A stretch of DNA of 64,000 bases, taken from positions 25,581-89,580 of the forward strand of contig JAZDFV010000002.1 in the NCBI GenBank assembly GCA_043807585.1. The letters are read 5' to 3'. Below are positions 28,597 through 36,307 of this stretch, piece by piece; positions within the stretch are counted from its first letter, which is position 1; each line of letters begins with the position of its first letter. Origin of the DNA: Candidatus Jorgensenbacteria bacterium (GTDB lineage: Bacteria > Patescibacteriota > Minisyncoccia > UBA6257 > GWB1-50-10). The notes beneath the pieces were generated by a model. That model was not told where the DNA came from, did no database searches, and saw nothing but the letters and a program-made list of their open reading frames with translations. Both the position numbers and the translations under genes were made by a program.

Positions 28597-28733
28597 CTTT
28601 TCTGTTTCATTTTGATGAACCGCGGTTCGCTTGCTCCGGCGGCAAGCGACCGCTACGCTCTCGCCGCGACGTCCGCCTTGGGCGGAACCAAGCCGTCGCG
28701 GCTCCGAGAGTTTCCTTAAAATGAAACAGAAAA
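28597..28733. repeat. 137-nt element with perfect 17-bp terminal inverted repeats (cttttctgtttcatttt / aaaatgaaacagaaaag) and a GC-rich structured core
   Basis: The perfect TIRs are read directly. The interior contains several short hairpins. Confidence 0.75.
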
Positions 28734-28874
28734 GCTTTTACGGGGTGAGATTGTGTGGGAAACCCTGTTTTGTGAGGCACCACGTCTGTCCTGTCTCCGA
28801 GACATTTTTCTTAAAGGCAAAGTTCCGCCTTTGGAGCTGAATCAAAAGGCGTGCTACAATCAGAAATGTTCACC

Positions 28875-30629
28875 ATGACTTCGCAGGAAATTCGCAAGGC
28901 ATTCCTGAATTTTTTTACAGAGCGTGGGCACACCGTGGTGCCCTCCGCCTCGCTCGTACCCGACGACCCCTCGGTGCTCTTCACGACCGCGGGGATGCAG
29001 CAGTTCAAGCGGTACTACGCCGAACTTGACCCCACAAAGACGGCGCACCCCTCCTTGGGGAAGCCCGTCGGGAAGAACGCCGTCTCGATTCAGAAATGTT
29101 TCCGTACCTCCGACATTGACGAGGTTGGGGACTCCTCGCACCTTACGTTTTTCGAGATGCTCGGAAACTTCTCCTTCGGCGGCTACTTCAAGGAGAAAGC
29201 CATTCACTATGGCCATGAGTTCATCACGGAGGTGATGAAACTTCCCATCGACAAGGTGAGCGTGTTTGAAGGTGACCGTGAGGTTCCGGCCGACGGCGAA
29301 TCCGAGAAAATTTGGCGTTCGCTCGGCGTCACGAACATTGAGAAAGCGGGACGCGAAGATAATTTTTGGGGTCCCACGGGCACCGAAGGCCCCTGCGGCC
29401 CCACGTCCGAGGTCTATGTGAACACTGCCCTTCGACAAGCTCAGGGCAAACCTCCTTTGGAGGTTTGGAATCTCGTTTTCAACGAGTTTTACTCCGACAA
29501 GAGCAAAAAGCTCACAAAGCTCAAAGCTCCGGGTGTTGATACGGGGATGGGGCTCGAGCGCCTCACGATGGTGTCGCAGGGCGTTCACACAATTTTCGAA
29601 ACAGATCTCTTTACGCCACTTATGCGGCTCCTCCCTGCGGGGATGGAGACAAGGACAAAGCGCATTCTCGCCGACCACGTGCGCGGCATCGCCTTCCTCA
29701 TCTCGGACGGTTTCCGCCCGTCGAACAAGGACGCTGGCTACGTGCTCCGCCGTCTCATTCGCCGCGTCGTGACCCACATCCACCTCGCGGGCGATCCAGT
29801 CGACCCCGCGCATCTTTTCGCGGAGGTGAACGAGCATTACGAAAAATTCTATCCGGAACTGAATGCCGAGGCGGTGCTCGAGGTGTTCGGCGAGGAGCGG
29901 GAGCGGTTCACGAAAACGCTCGAGAACGGTCTCCGTGAGCTCAAGAAGATCCCAAAGCTCGACGCGAAGTCGGCATTCACCCTCTACGAGAGCTACGGTC
30001 TCCCCTATGAGGTGGTGAAGGAATTGGGCGGTGCGCAGGCGCGGGACCTGCGGCGTGAGGATTTTGACCGCGAGTTCTCGCGCCATCAGGAAATTTCGCG
30101 CGCGGGCGCGGAGAAGAAGTTCGGGGGTCACGGACTCGTCTTGAACACAGGCGAGCTCAAAGCGGGGAGCGAGGAAGAACTCCAGCGGGTCACGCGTCTC
30201 CACACGGCGACCCACCTCCTCCAGCGCGCGCTCCGCGAGGTGCTGGGCGCGGAAGTGGAGCAGCGCGGGTCCGACATCACGCCCGAGCGCACTCGGTTCG
30301 ACCTTTCGTTTCCCCGAAAGATTGAGAAGGAAGAGATTTGGCGTGTGGAGGAGATAGTGAATGAAAAGATCAAAGAGGACCTCCCTGTGGGGTTCGTTGA
30401 ACTCCCCAAGGAGGAAGCGGTGAAGACCGGCGCGCTCTTTTTCTTCCGCGAGAAGTACCCTGATCGCGTGAAGGTATATTACGTGGGATGCTCGCTCGAT
30501 GGTGCGTGGAGTAAGGAGTTCTGCGGCGGGCCCCACGTTGCGCGCACGGGGGAGATCGGTCACTTCAGGATCATCAAAGAGGAAGCGGTCGGCGCCGGCG
30601 TCCGCCGCATCCGCGCGACAGTGATTTAA
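28875..30629 (+). CDS. alaS: alanine--tRNA ligase, short form (catalytic plus editing domains, no C-Ala domain)
   Basis: Class II AlaRS motifs and an editing site (TATHLL ... CGGPHV) are present. Confidence 0.9.
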   Translation: MTSQEIRKAFLNFFTERGHTVVPSASLVPDDPSVLFTTAGMQQFKRYYAELDPTKTAHPSLGKPVGKNAVSIQKCFRTSDIDEVGDSSHLTFFEMLGNFSFGGYFKEKAIHYGHEFITEVMKLPIDKVSVFEGDREVPADGESEKIWRSLGVTNIEKAGREDNFWGPTGTEGPCGPTSEVYVNTALRQAQGKPPLEVWNLVFNEFYSDKSKKLTKLKAPGVDTGMGLERLTMVSQGVHTIFETDLFTPLMRLLPAGMETRTKRILADHVRGIAFLISDGFRPSNKDAGYVLRRLIRRVVTHIHLAGDPVDPAHLFAEVNEHYEKFYPELNAEAVLEVFGEERERFTKTLENGLRELKKIPKLDAKSAFTLYESYGLPYEVVKELGGAQARDLRREDFDREFSRHQEISRAGAEKKFGGHGLVLNTGELKAGSEEELQRVTRLHTATHLLQRALREVLGAEVEQRGSDITPERTRFDLSFPRKIEKEEIWRVEEIVNEKIKEDLPVGFVELPKEEAVKTGALFFFREKYPDRVKVYYVGCSLDGAWSKEFCGGPHVARTGEIGHFRIIKEEAVGAGVRRIRATVI

Positions 30630-30739
30630 CGGCGAATAGCAAGGAGCAGACAATGAACATTGGAACTAAAGTAAAAGATTGGAAGGGTGGGTACTACACG
30701 ATAGCGTAGTACCCTGCCATCAGAACAAAAACCGTGACC

Positions 30740-30866
30740 GAACCACAAACCAAGGTTTGCCAAAATTGTCCCGATTTTGTATGAGCAAAGCGAATGGACA
30801 AAATCGAGTCCCGATTTGTCCTGCGCGAAGTGCAGATGACAAATCGAGGATTCTCGATACAATCGG
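30740..30866. promoter_or_regulatory. array of three related palindromic sites (ACAAAATCGAG..CTCGATTTTGT-like) upstream of the Cys-rich gene
   Basis: The three sites are ccaaaattgtcccgattttg, ggacaaaatcgagtcccgatttgtcc and acaaatcgaggattctcgatacaat. Confidence 0.45.
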
Positions 30867-31090
30867 AAGATCCCGCGCAGCGGGATAAAGAATTATGAAC
30901 AAAGAGATCATCTACTGTGAGCAGTGCTATCAAAGCGAGGTGACTTAAATAAAACGCTATGACATGTCATAGCGCCATACCATGGTTATAGCACCGAGAG
31001 AATCTAAGAAAAGTTAGGATATGACACAAGAGACCAGAACCTACCAGAACTGTCCCGCTACGCGGGATCTCGCGAAGCGAGACAAACACT

Positions 31091-32890
31091 ATGTCTGAAT
31101 CAGAAACAATAGTTTGTCAGAATTGTCATAGTTCCTTCGTCATTGAATCGGAGGATTTTACGTTCTACGAGAAAATAAAAGTCCCGCCGCCGACGTGGTG
31201 CCCGGAGTGCGACAGTGCAAAGAGAATGACTTGGAGAAACGAGAGATCTTTGTATTGGCGCGATTGCGGTTTGTGCGGTAAGAAAACACTCTCGATGTAT
31301 TCAAAAGAAAATCCTTTTACTGTTTATTGTCATAAATGTTGGATATCGGATAAGTGGGACTCATTAGTATTCGGGAGAGATTATGATTTTCAGAAAGATT
31401 TTTTCACGCAATTTTCAGAACTCCAAAAAAGCGTACCCCGCGCCTCGGTTCTCCAATATGGGACCAGTGTAAATTGCGAATTTACAAACTACACCAGAAA
31501 CACAAAAAATGTCCTCCTAGCCTATTCGGTTTCTACCGGTGAAAATATATATTATTCATTCACTGTAGATTGGTCTAAAGACGCGTTGGATTCTTTAATG
31601 TTGAAGAATTCCGAATTGATATTTGAAGGATTTAATTCGGATCATTGTTATAATTCTCAATTTCTCGTAGATTGCCGCGATTGCACCGAATCATCGTATT
31701 TGTATGATTGTGTGAACTGCCAGAATTGTTTTATGTCGGTGAACCTTAGAAACAAACAGTTCGTTTTTTATGGAAGACAGCTTTCGAAAGAAGAATATAG
31801 CAAAGCAATTTTAGAAATTGATATCGGAAGTTTTGAGACGAGGGGAAGATTAAAAGAAGAATTTCATAATGTTATTTTGCAAACAATTCATAAGTATGGA
31901 GATGTAGTTAAGGTTGTTAACTGCACCGGCAACTATCTTTCGAATTGCAAAAACGTGAAAAATTCATATAGCGTGTATGATTCCGAGAACGTAAGAAACA
32001 CCATTCGCGCCTTGAAAGCGAGAGACATCAGGAGTGTTTTTAGCTGCGGAGAAGGGAGCGAACTTATTTATAGCGGGATTGTCGGTGGCAAAACCAGTTC
32101 TAATATAAAATTTTTTGCAAGTGCGGATGTGCTACGCGAATCGCAATACACCGATTGGTGTTTAAGTTCATCAAATCTCTTCGGCTGCATCGGCCTTCGC
32201 AACAAGCAGTACTGCATCCTTAACAAGCAATACACGAAGGAGGAATATGAAGCCCTTGTACCCCGCATCATCGACCACATGAACACCATGCCCTATGTAG
32301 ATACCAAGGGCAGGATATACAAATATGGCGAGTTCTTCCCCCCGGAATTGTCTCCCTTCGCCTACAACGAAACCATCGCACAGGAGTATTTCCCCCTGAC
32401 CAAGGATAAAGCTATTCAACAGGGCTACCGCTGGAGGGACGCGGATACGAGAGATTACAAAATAACCAAGAGACCGGAGGATCTCCCCGACCACATCAAA
32501 GATGTAGAGGATGCAATATTGAAAGAAACCATCCAATGCATGCACCACCCTTCGGCAGGCTCAGGGCAGGCCGCCTGCAATCACCAATGCACCACCGCCT
32601 TCAAGGTTATCCCAGAAGAACTTGCCTTCTACCGCAGAATGAACCTCCCGCTCCCACGTCTTTGCCCCAACTGCCGGCACTACGAACGCCTAAAGCAGCG
32701 GAATCCCCTGAAGCTCTGGCACCGCACCTGCCAGTGTGCGGGAGGAAAAAGCGAGAACGGTGTCTACGAGAACACCATAACCCACCCACACGGCACCGGC
32801 CACTGCCTAAACGAATTCGAGACCAGTTACGCTCCAGAGAGAAAGGAAATCGTGTACTGCGAGAGTTGTTATAATACTGAAGTGGTATGA
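31091..32890 (+). CDS. Cys-rich protein (599 aa) with homologous N- and C-terminal double zinc-ribbon modules flanking internal Cys/Asn-rich repeats
   Basis: Multiple CxxC pairs are present. The termini are related (F.I..E..FY......P..CP.C ... LW.R.C), and there is an internal repeat (CFMSVNLRNKQFVFYGRQLSKEEYSKA / CIGLRNKQYCILNKQYTKEEYEAL). Confidence 0.7.
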   Translation: MSESETIVCQNCHSSFVIESEDFTFYEKIKVPPPTWCPECDSAKRMTWRNERSLYWRDCGLCGKKTLSMYSKENPFTVYCHKCWISDKWDSLVFGRDYDFQKDFFTQFSELQKSVPRASVLQYGTSVNCEFTNYTRNTKNVLLAYSVSTGENIYYSFTVDWSKDALDSLMLKNSELIFEGFNSDHCYNSQFLVDCRDCTESSYLYDCVNCQNCFMSVNLRNKQFVFYGRQLSKEEYSKAILEIDIGSFETRGRLKEEFHNVILQTIHKYGDVVKVVNCTGNYLSNCKNVKNSYSVYDSENVRNTIRALKARDIRSVFSCGEGSELIYSGIVGGKTSSNIKFFASADVLRESQYTDWCLSSSNLFGCIGLRNKQYCILNKQYTKEEYEALVPRIIDHMNTMPYVDTKGRIYKYGEFFPPELSPFAYNETIAQEYFPLTKDKAIQQGYRWRDADTRDYKITKRPEDLPDHIKDVEDAILKETIQCMHHPSAGSGQAACNHQCTTAFKVIPEELAFYRRMNLPLPRLCPNCRHYERLKQRNPLKLWHRTCQCAGGKSENGVYENTITHPHGTGHCLNEFETSYAPERKEIVYCESCYNTEVV

Positions 32891-32893
32891 AGT

Positions 32894-32942
32894 GCTCCGA
32901 CGCCGCGGAGCGGGTCGGAGCCCCGACTGTAAACGTCGGGGC
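32894..32942. repeat. double-hairpin element gctccgacgc..gggtcggag-ccccgactgtaaacgtcgggg
   Basis: A second copy lies at 54358-54398, immediately after tuf. Confidence 0.7.
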
Positions 32943-32977
32943 TACAACGCGGAAGTCGTGTAATCCCACCCGGCCCT

Positions 32978-33000
32978 AATTCGCGCGAATAGTAGAATAG
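32978..33000. promoter_or_regulatory. TAATTCGCGCGAATAGTAGAATAG motif immediately upstream of tsaC
   Basis: It shares a motif of about 24 nt with 19558-19581. Confidence 0.5.
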
Positions 33001-33003
33001 TTC

Positions 33004-33522
33004 ATGATCGATAAAAAACTCATCGCGGTAATAAAGAAAGGCGGCGTGGGGGTGATGCCGACAGATACCATCTATGGCCTCGTGGGTTCCGCGCTTCTCC
33101 CAAAGACCGTGGAGCGCATCTACCGCCTCCGCAAGCGCAATCCAAAGAAGCCGGTTATTGTGCTCATTGCGGACCTTCGCGACCTCGTGCGTTTTGGCAT
33201 AAAGCTCGAGCCGCGCGTGAAGACCTTTCTTTGGAAGATCTGGCCGGGGCCTTACAGCGTCGTGTTGCCGTGCCCGAGCAAAAAATTTGCCTACCTCCAT
33301 CGCGGCACGGAAACGCTCGCGGTGCGGTTGCCCAAACCCCAATGGCTTCGAACGCTCCTCAAGGCCACGGGATCCCTCGTGGCGCCGAGTGCGAACCCCC
33401 AAGGGAAACTGCCCGCGCGCACCGTTGCGGAGGCCAAGAAATATTTTGGTGAAAGGGTGGATTTCTATGTTCACGGCGCCGCGCACGACACACCTTCCAC
33501 TCTCCTAGAAGTGAAACGTTAG
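33004..33522 (+). CDS. tsaC: L-threonylcarbamoyladenylate synthase (YrdC/TsaC family)
   Basis: The YrdC-domain sequence is present. Confidence 0.85.
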   Translation: MIDKKLIAVIKKGGVGVMPTDTIYGLVGSALLPKTVERIYRLRKRNPKKPVIVLIADLRDLVRFGIKLEPRVKTFLWKIWPGPYSVVLPCPSKKFAYLHRGTETLAVRLPKPQWLRTLLKATGSLVAPSANPQGKLPARTVAEAKKYFGERVDFYVHGAAHDTPSTLLEVKR

Positions 33523-33546
33523 TGAAAAAAGATTATACTGAAAGCA

Positions 33547-35454
33547 ATGGCCGAAGAGAACGAGCATAACGTAGCGTATTTCGGGCGGGTGGATTTCAGG
33601 AGCTCCGAGCGCCTTTTTGGCATCCGGCGGCAGGACCGCCGGCAGCACATGTACGTCATCGGGAAGAGCGGTACCGGGAAGAGCGCGATGCTCCACAACC
33701 TCATCGTGCAGGACATCGCGAATGGTGAAGGTCTCTGCGTTGTGGACCCCCACGGCGATCTCGTGGAGAGCATCCTGCCGAAGATCCCGAAAGAGCGCAT
33801 AAACGATGTCATCTATTTCAACCCCGCGGACTCCGACTTCAACATCGGGTTCAACGTGCTGGAGCTTCCGGACCCAAAGTACAAGCACCTTGTGGCCTCC
33901 GGGCTCATGGGGATTTTCACCAAAATTTGGTCCAACGTCTGGTCCGCGCGGATGGAGTACATTCTGAACAACGCCATCCTCGCGCTCTTGGATACGCCCG
34001 GCACGACGCTCCTCGGGGTGAGCCGCATCCTCGTGGACAAGGAGTTCCGCCAGAAGATCCTTGCGAACGTGAAGGACCCCGTGGTGCGCTCGTTCTGGTT
34101 GAACGAGTTCGAGGAGTGGCGTGACCAGTTCAGGAACGAGGCCATCGCGCCGATCCAGAACAAGGTGGGGCAGTTCCTCTCCACCGCAATGGTGCGGAAC
34201 ATCGTGGGGCAGGCGAAGAGCACCATTGACATCTTCAGCATCATGAACGAGGGGAAGATCTTCCTCGTGAACGTTTCCAAGGGGCGCATCGGCGAGGACA
34301 ACTCGGCGCTCTTGGGTGCGATGCTCATCACCAAGATCCAGCTCGCGGCCATGGAACGGGTGCGGGTGTCGGAGGAGGAACGGGTGGATTTCTACCTCTA
34401 CGTGGATGAGTTTCAGAACTTTGCAACCGATTCGTTCGCGGGCATCCTCTCCGAGGCGCGGAAGTACCGCCTGAACCTTATCCTCGCCCACCAGTATGTG
34501 GGCCAGCTCGTCACGATGGGGGCGGGCGCGATCTCGACCAAGGTGCGGGACGCGGTCTTCGGGAACGTCGGCACCATGGTGGTGTTCCGCGTGGGGGCCG
34601 CCGATGCCGAATATTTGGAGACCGAATTTACACCCGAGTTCCTCCCAGAGGACATTGTGAACCTCCCGAACTACTCGGTGTATCTGAAGCTCATGGTGGA
34701 TGGGGTCACGAGCCGCCCCTTTTCCGCGCACACCCTCCCACCATTCAAGGTGCAGGCCTCGGAAACCATCAGCGAAGAAATCATCAACAATTCACGCAAG
34801 CGGTACGCGCGCCCCCGCTACGCGGTGGAGGAGGAAATAGCCATCTGGAGCGGCATGGCGCCGGGAGCAGGCCCGGGGGAGTTCGTGCCGCGCCCTGGCG
34901 TGGGGGGGAAGTATCAGGCAGTCTGCTCTTCCTGCGGTAAGGAGACCACTGTTCCCTTCGAGCCCCAGCAGGGCCGCCCGGTGTACTGCAAAGAATGTTT
35001 GGAGAAAATAAAGGCGGGAGAATTGGAGCCGGTGCGGGTGATGCCGGCTTTTGAGAGGCGGGGAACGGAGCAGACGGCGGACATGTCGGCGCTCGCGGGT
35101 TTGGGGATCGAGTTCAGCGGGAAGGGTTCGGCAGGGGCACCGCGGGAGGGGGGTGGTCCGTCGCGGCGCGAGGAGCGTGGGGGGTTCCACCCGAGGCCGC
35201 AGGACGAGCGCGCACCCTCCCACCGGCCAGCCGGTCCCTCTAGGCCCTCCTTCGAGCCTCGCCCCTCCATTTTGCGTGGTACGAGAACCGAGAGTGCCTT
35301 GACTTCGTCGGAAGAGGAAGAGCATGAACTTCGGTTGAGCGAGCTCACGCCGACAGAGAAAAAGGATGCCCACCCGCCGCAGGGCGGCAGGGAACCGGAT
35401 ATCACCGGTCTCCGCGAGGCGCTCCGGGATGCGCTGGGGAAATTGAAGGAGTAA
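33547..35454 (+). CDS. TraD/VirD4-like type IV coupling-protein-family ATPase with C-terminal C4 zinc ribbon and R/G/P-rich disordered tail
   Basis: It has Walker A (GKSGTGKS), Walker B (YVDEFQNF), a T4CP-like RKYRLNLILAHQ, a zinc ribbon (CSSCGKE...CKEC) and a low-complexity tail. Confidence 0.75.
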   Translation: MAEENEHNVAYFGRVDFRSSERLFGIRRQDRRQHMYVIGKSGTGKSAMLHNLIVQDIANGEGLCVVDPHGDLVESILPKIPKERINDVIYFNPADSDFNIGFNVLELPDPKYKHLVASGLMGIFTKIWSNVWSARMEYILNNAILALLDTPGTTLLGVSRILVDKEFRQKILANVKDPVVRSFWLNEFEEWRDQFRNEAIAPIQNKVGQFLSTAMVRNIVGQAKSTIDIFSIMNEGKIFLVNVSKGRIGEDNSALLGAMLITKIQLAAMERVRVSEEERVDFYLYVDEFQNFATDSFAGILSEARKYRLNLILAHQYVGQLVTMGAGAISTKVRDAVFGNVGTMVVFRVGAADAEYLETEFTPEFLPEDIVNLPNYSVYLKLMVDGVTSRPFSAHTLPPFKVQASETISEEIINNSRKRYARPRYAVEEEIAIWSGMAPGAGPGEFVPRPGVGGKYQAVCSSCGKETTVPFEPQQGRPVYCKECLEKIKAGELEPVRVMPAFERRGTEQTADMSALAGLGIEFSGKGSAGAPREGGGPSRREERGGFHPRPQDERAPSHRPAGPSRPSFEPRPSILRGTRTESALTSSEEEEHELRLSELTPTEKKDAHPPQGGREPDITGLREALRDALGKLKE

Positions 35455-35456
35455 TT

Positions 35457-35495
35457 AAAAAACCGTCCTGAGTTTACCGAAGGGCGGTTTTTTTG
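35457..35495. terminator. bidirectional terminator hairpin between the convergent T4CP-like gene and efp
   Basis: aaaaaccgtcctgagtttaccgaagggcggttttttt forms the hairpin. Confidence 0.7.
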
Positions 35496-36110
35496 TTATG
35501 CTTTCTCTACCCGCTCAACATACTCTCCAGTCACGGTATTCACGCGCACCACGTCGCCTTCGTTGATGAAGAGGGGGACGTTCGCTTTCGCGCCGGTCTC
35601 GAGCGTGACCGATTTTGTGCCGCCCTGCGCGGTGTCACCGCGGATGGCCGGTGGCGCCTCCGTAACTTTCAGATCCACCTTCACGGGGAGCTCAATGTTG
35701 ATGATCTTTTCGCCGAATTTGAACGCGGTAACCTCCGCATTTGCTTTGAGATATTGACCGGCGTCGCCCATCGCCTCGTCGGCGAGGGAAAACCGGTTGC
35801 CGGGCTTGCCAACCTCATGGAACCAGTATTCACCTCCCGCCTCGCCTTCGCGAGCTTGGCGAGTCGAGGCTGGGTTATTGCGGTAAATGAAATTCACTTT
35901 TTGCCTTTCTATCTCAACCTCATAGAAGCTCTCGTTCTGATGAGCTGCGTAGTCCTGCACCTTGCCGGTGAGGAGGTTCTTGATCTTGAGCTGGGTGACC
36001 GGCTTCCGCTGCTGCATGCGGATGAAGGCGTACTCCAGGACCTCATAGGGATCCGGGTCCTCGTTCTTAGTGAAGATGGTGCCGGCTTTGAGTTCGTTGT
36101 AGGAAAGCAT
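35496..36110 (-). CDS. efp: elongation factor P (with an internal insertion of about 15 aa)
   Basis: It is an EF-P sequence with an extra NPASTRQAREGEAGG segment. Confidence 0.9.
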   Translation of the reverse strand: MLSYNELKAGTIFTKNEDPDPYEVLEYAFIRMQQRKPVTQLKIKNLLTGKVQDYAAHQNESFYEVEIERQKVNFIYRNNPASTRQAREGEAGGEYWFHEVGKPGNRFSLADEAMGDAGQYLKANAEVTAFKFGEKIINIELPVKVDLKVTEAPPAIRGDTAQGGTKSVTLETGAKANVPLFINEGDVVRVNTVTGEYVERVEKA

Positions 36111-36307
36111 CGCCCGGTAGTAGAAACTCGATAATTATTATCTTTGGTACGACGTTTTTTGATAACTTTGCGTTAGATTGCCTAGTGTGAAAACTGGTTG
36201 AATTTCTTTTGCCGCTCCGCGGCCAATCGAGTTTTCACTACCGGGCATCGCGGGGCTATTTTACACGATAGTTTCCATATACGCAAGATTTTTGATACGC
36301 TGGGACA

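Noticed and set aside
28734-28874. T-box leader upstream of alaS
   Set aside because: There is no recognisable T-box consensus (AATTAGGGTGGTACCGCG-like) or specifier-loop architecture in the sequence between the TIR element and the alaS start.
28860-30653. 597-aa ORF on the minus strand fully antisense to alaS, with similar long antisense ORFs opposite the T4CP-like gene (33505..34731), aspS (43280..44674), tuf (53128..54129), rpoC, dnaG and others
   Set aside because: Long antisense ORFs are expected in GC-rich DNA because stop codons are rare. The sense-strand genes have unambiguous conserved protein families and the antisense translations are low-complexity (R/P/A/G-rich).
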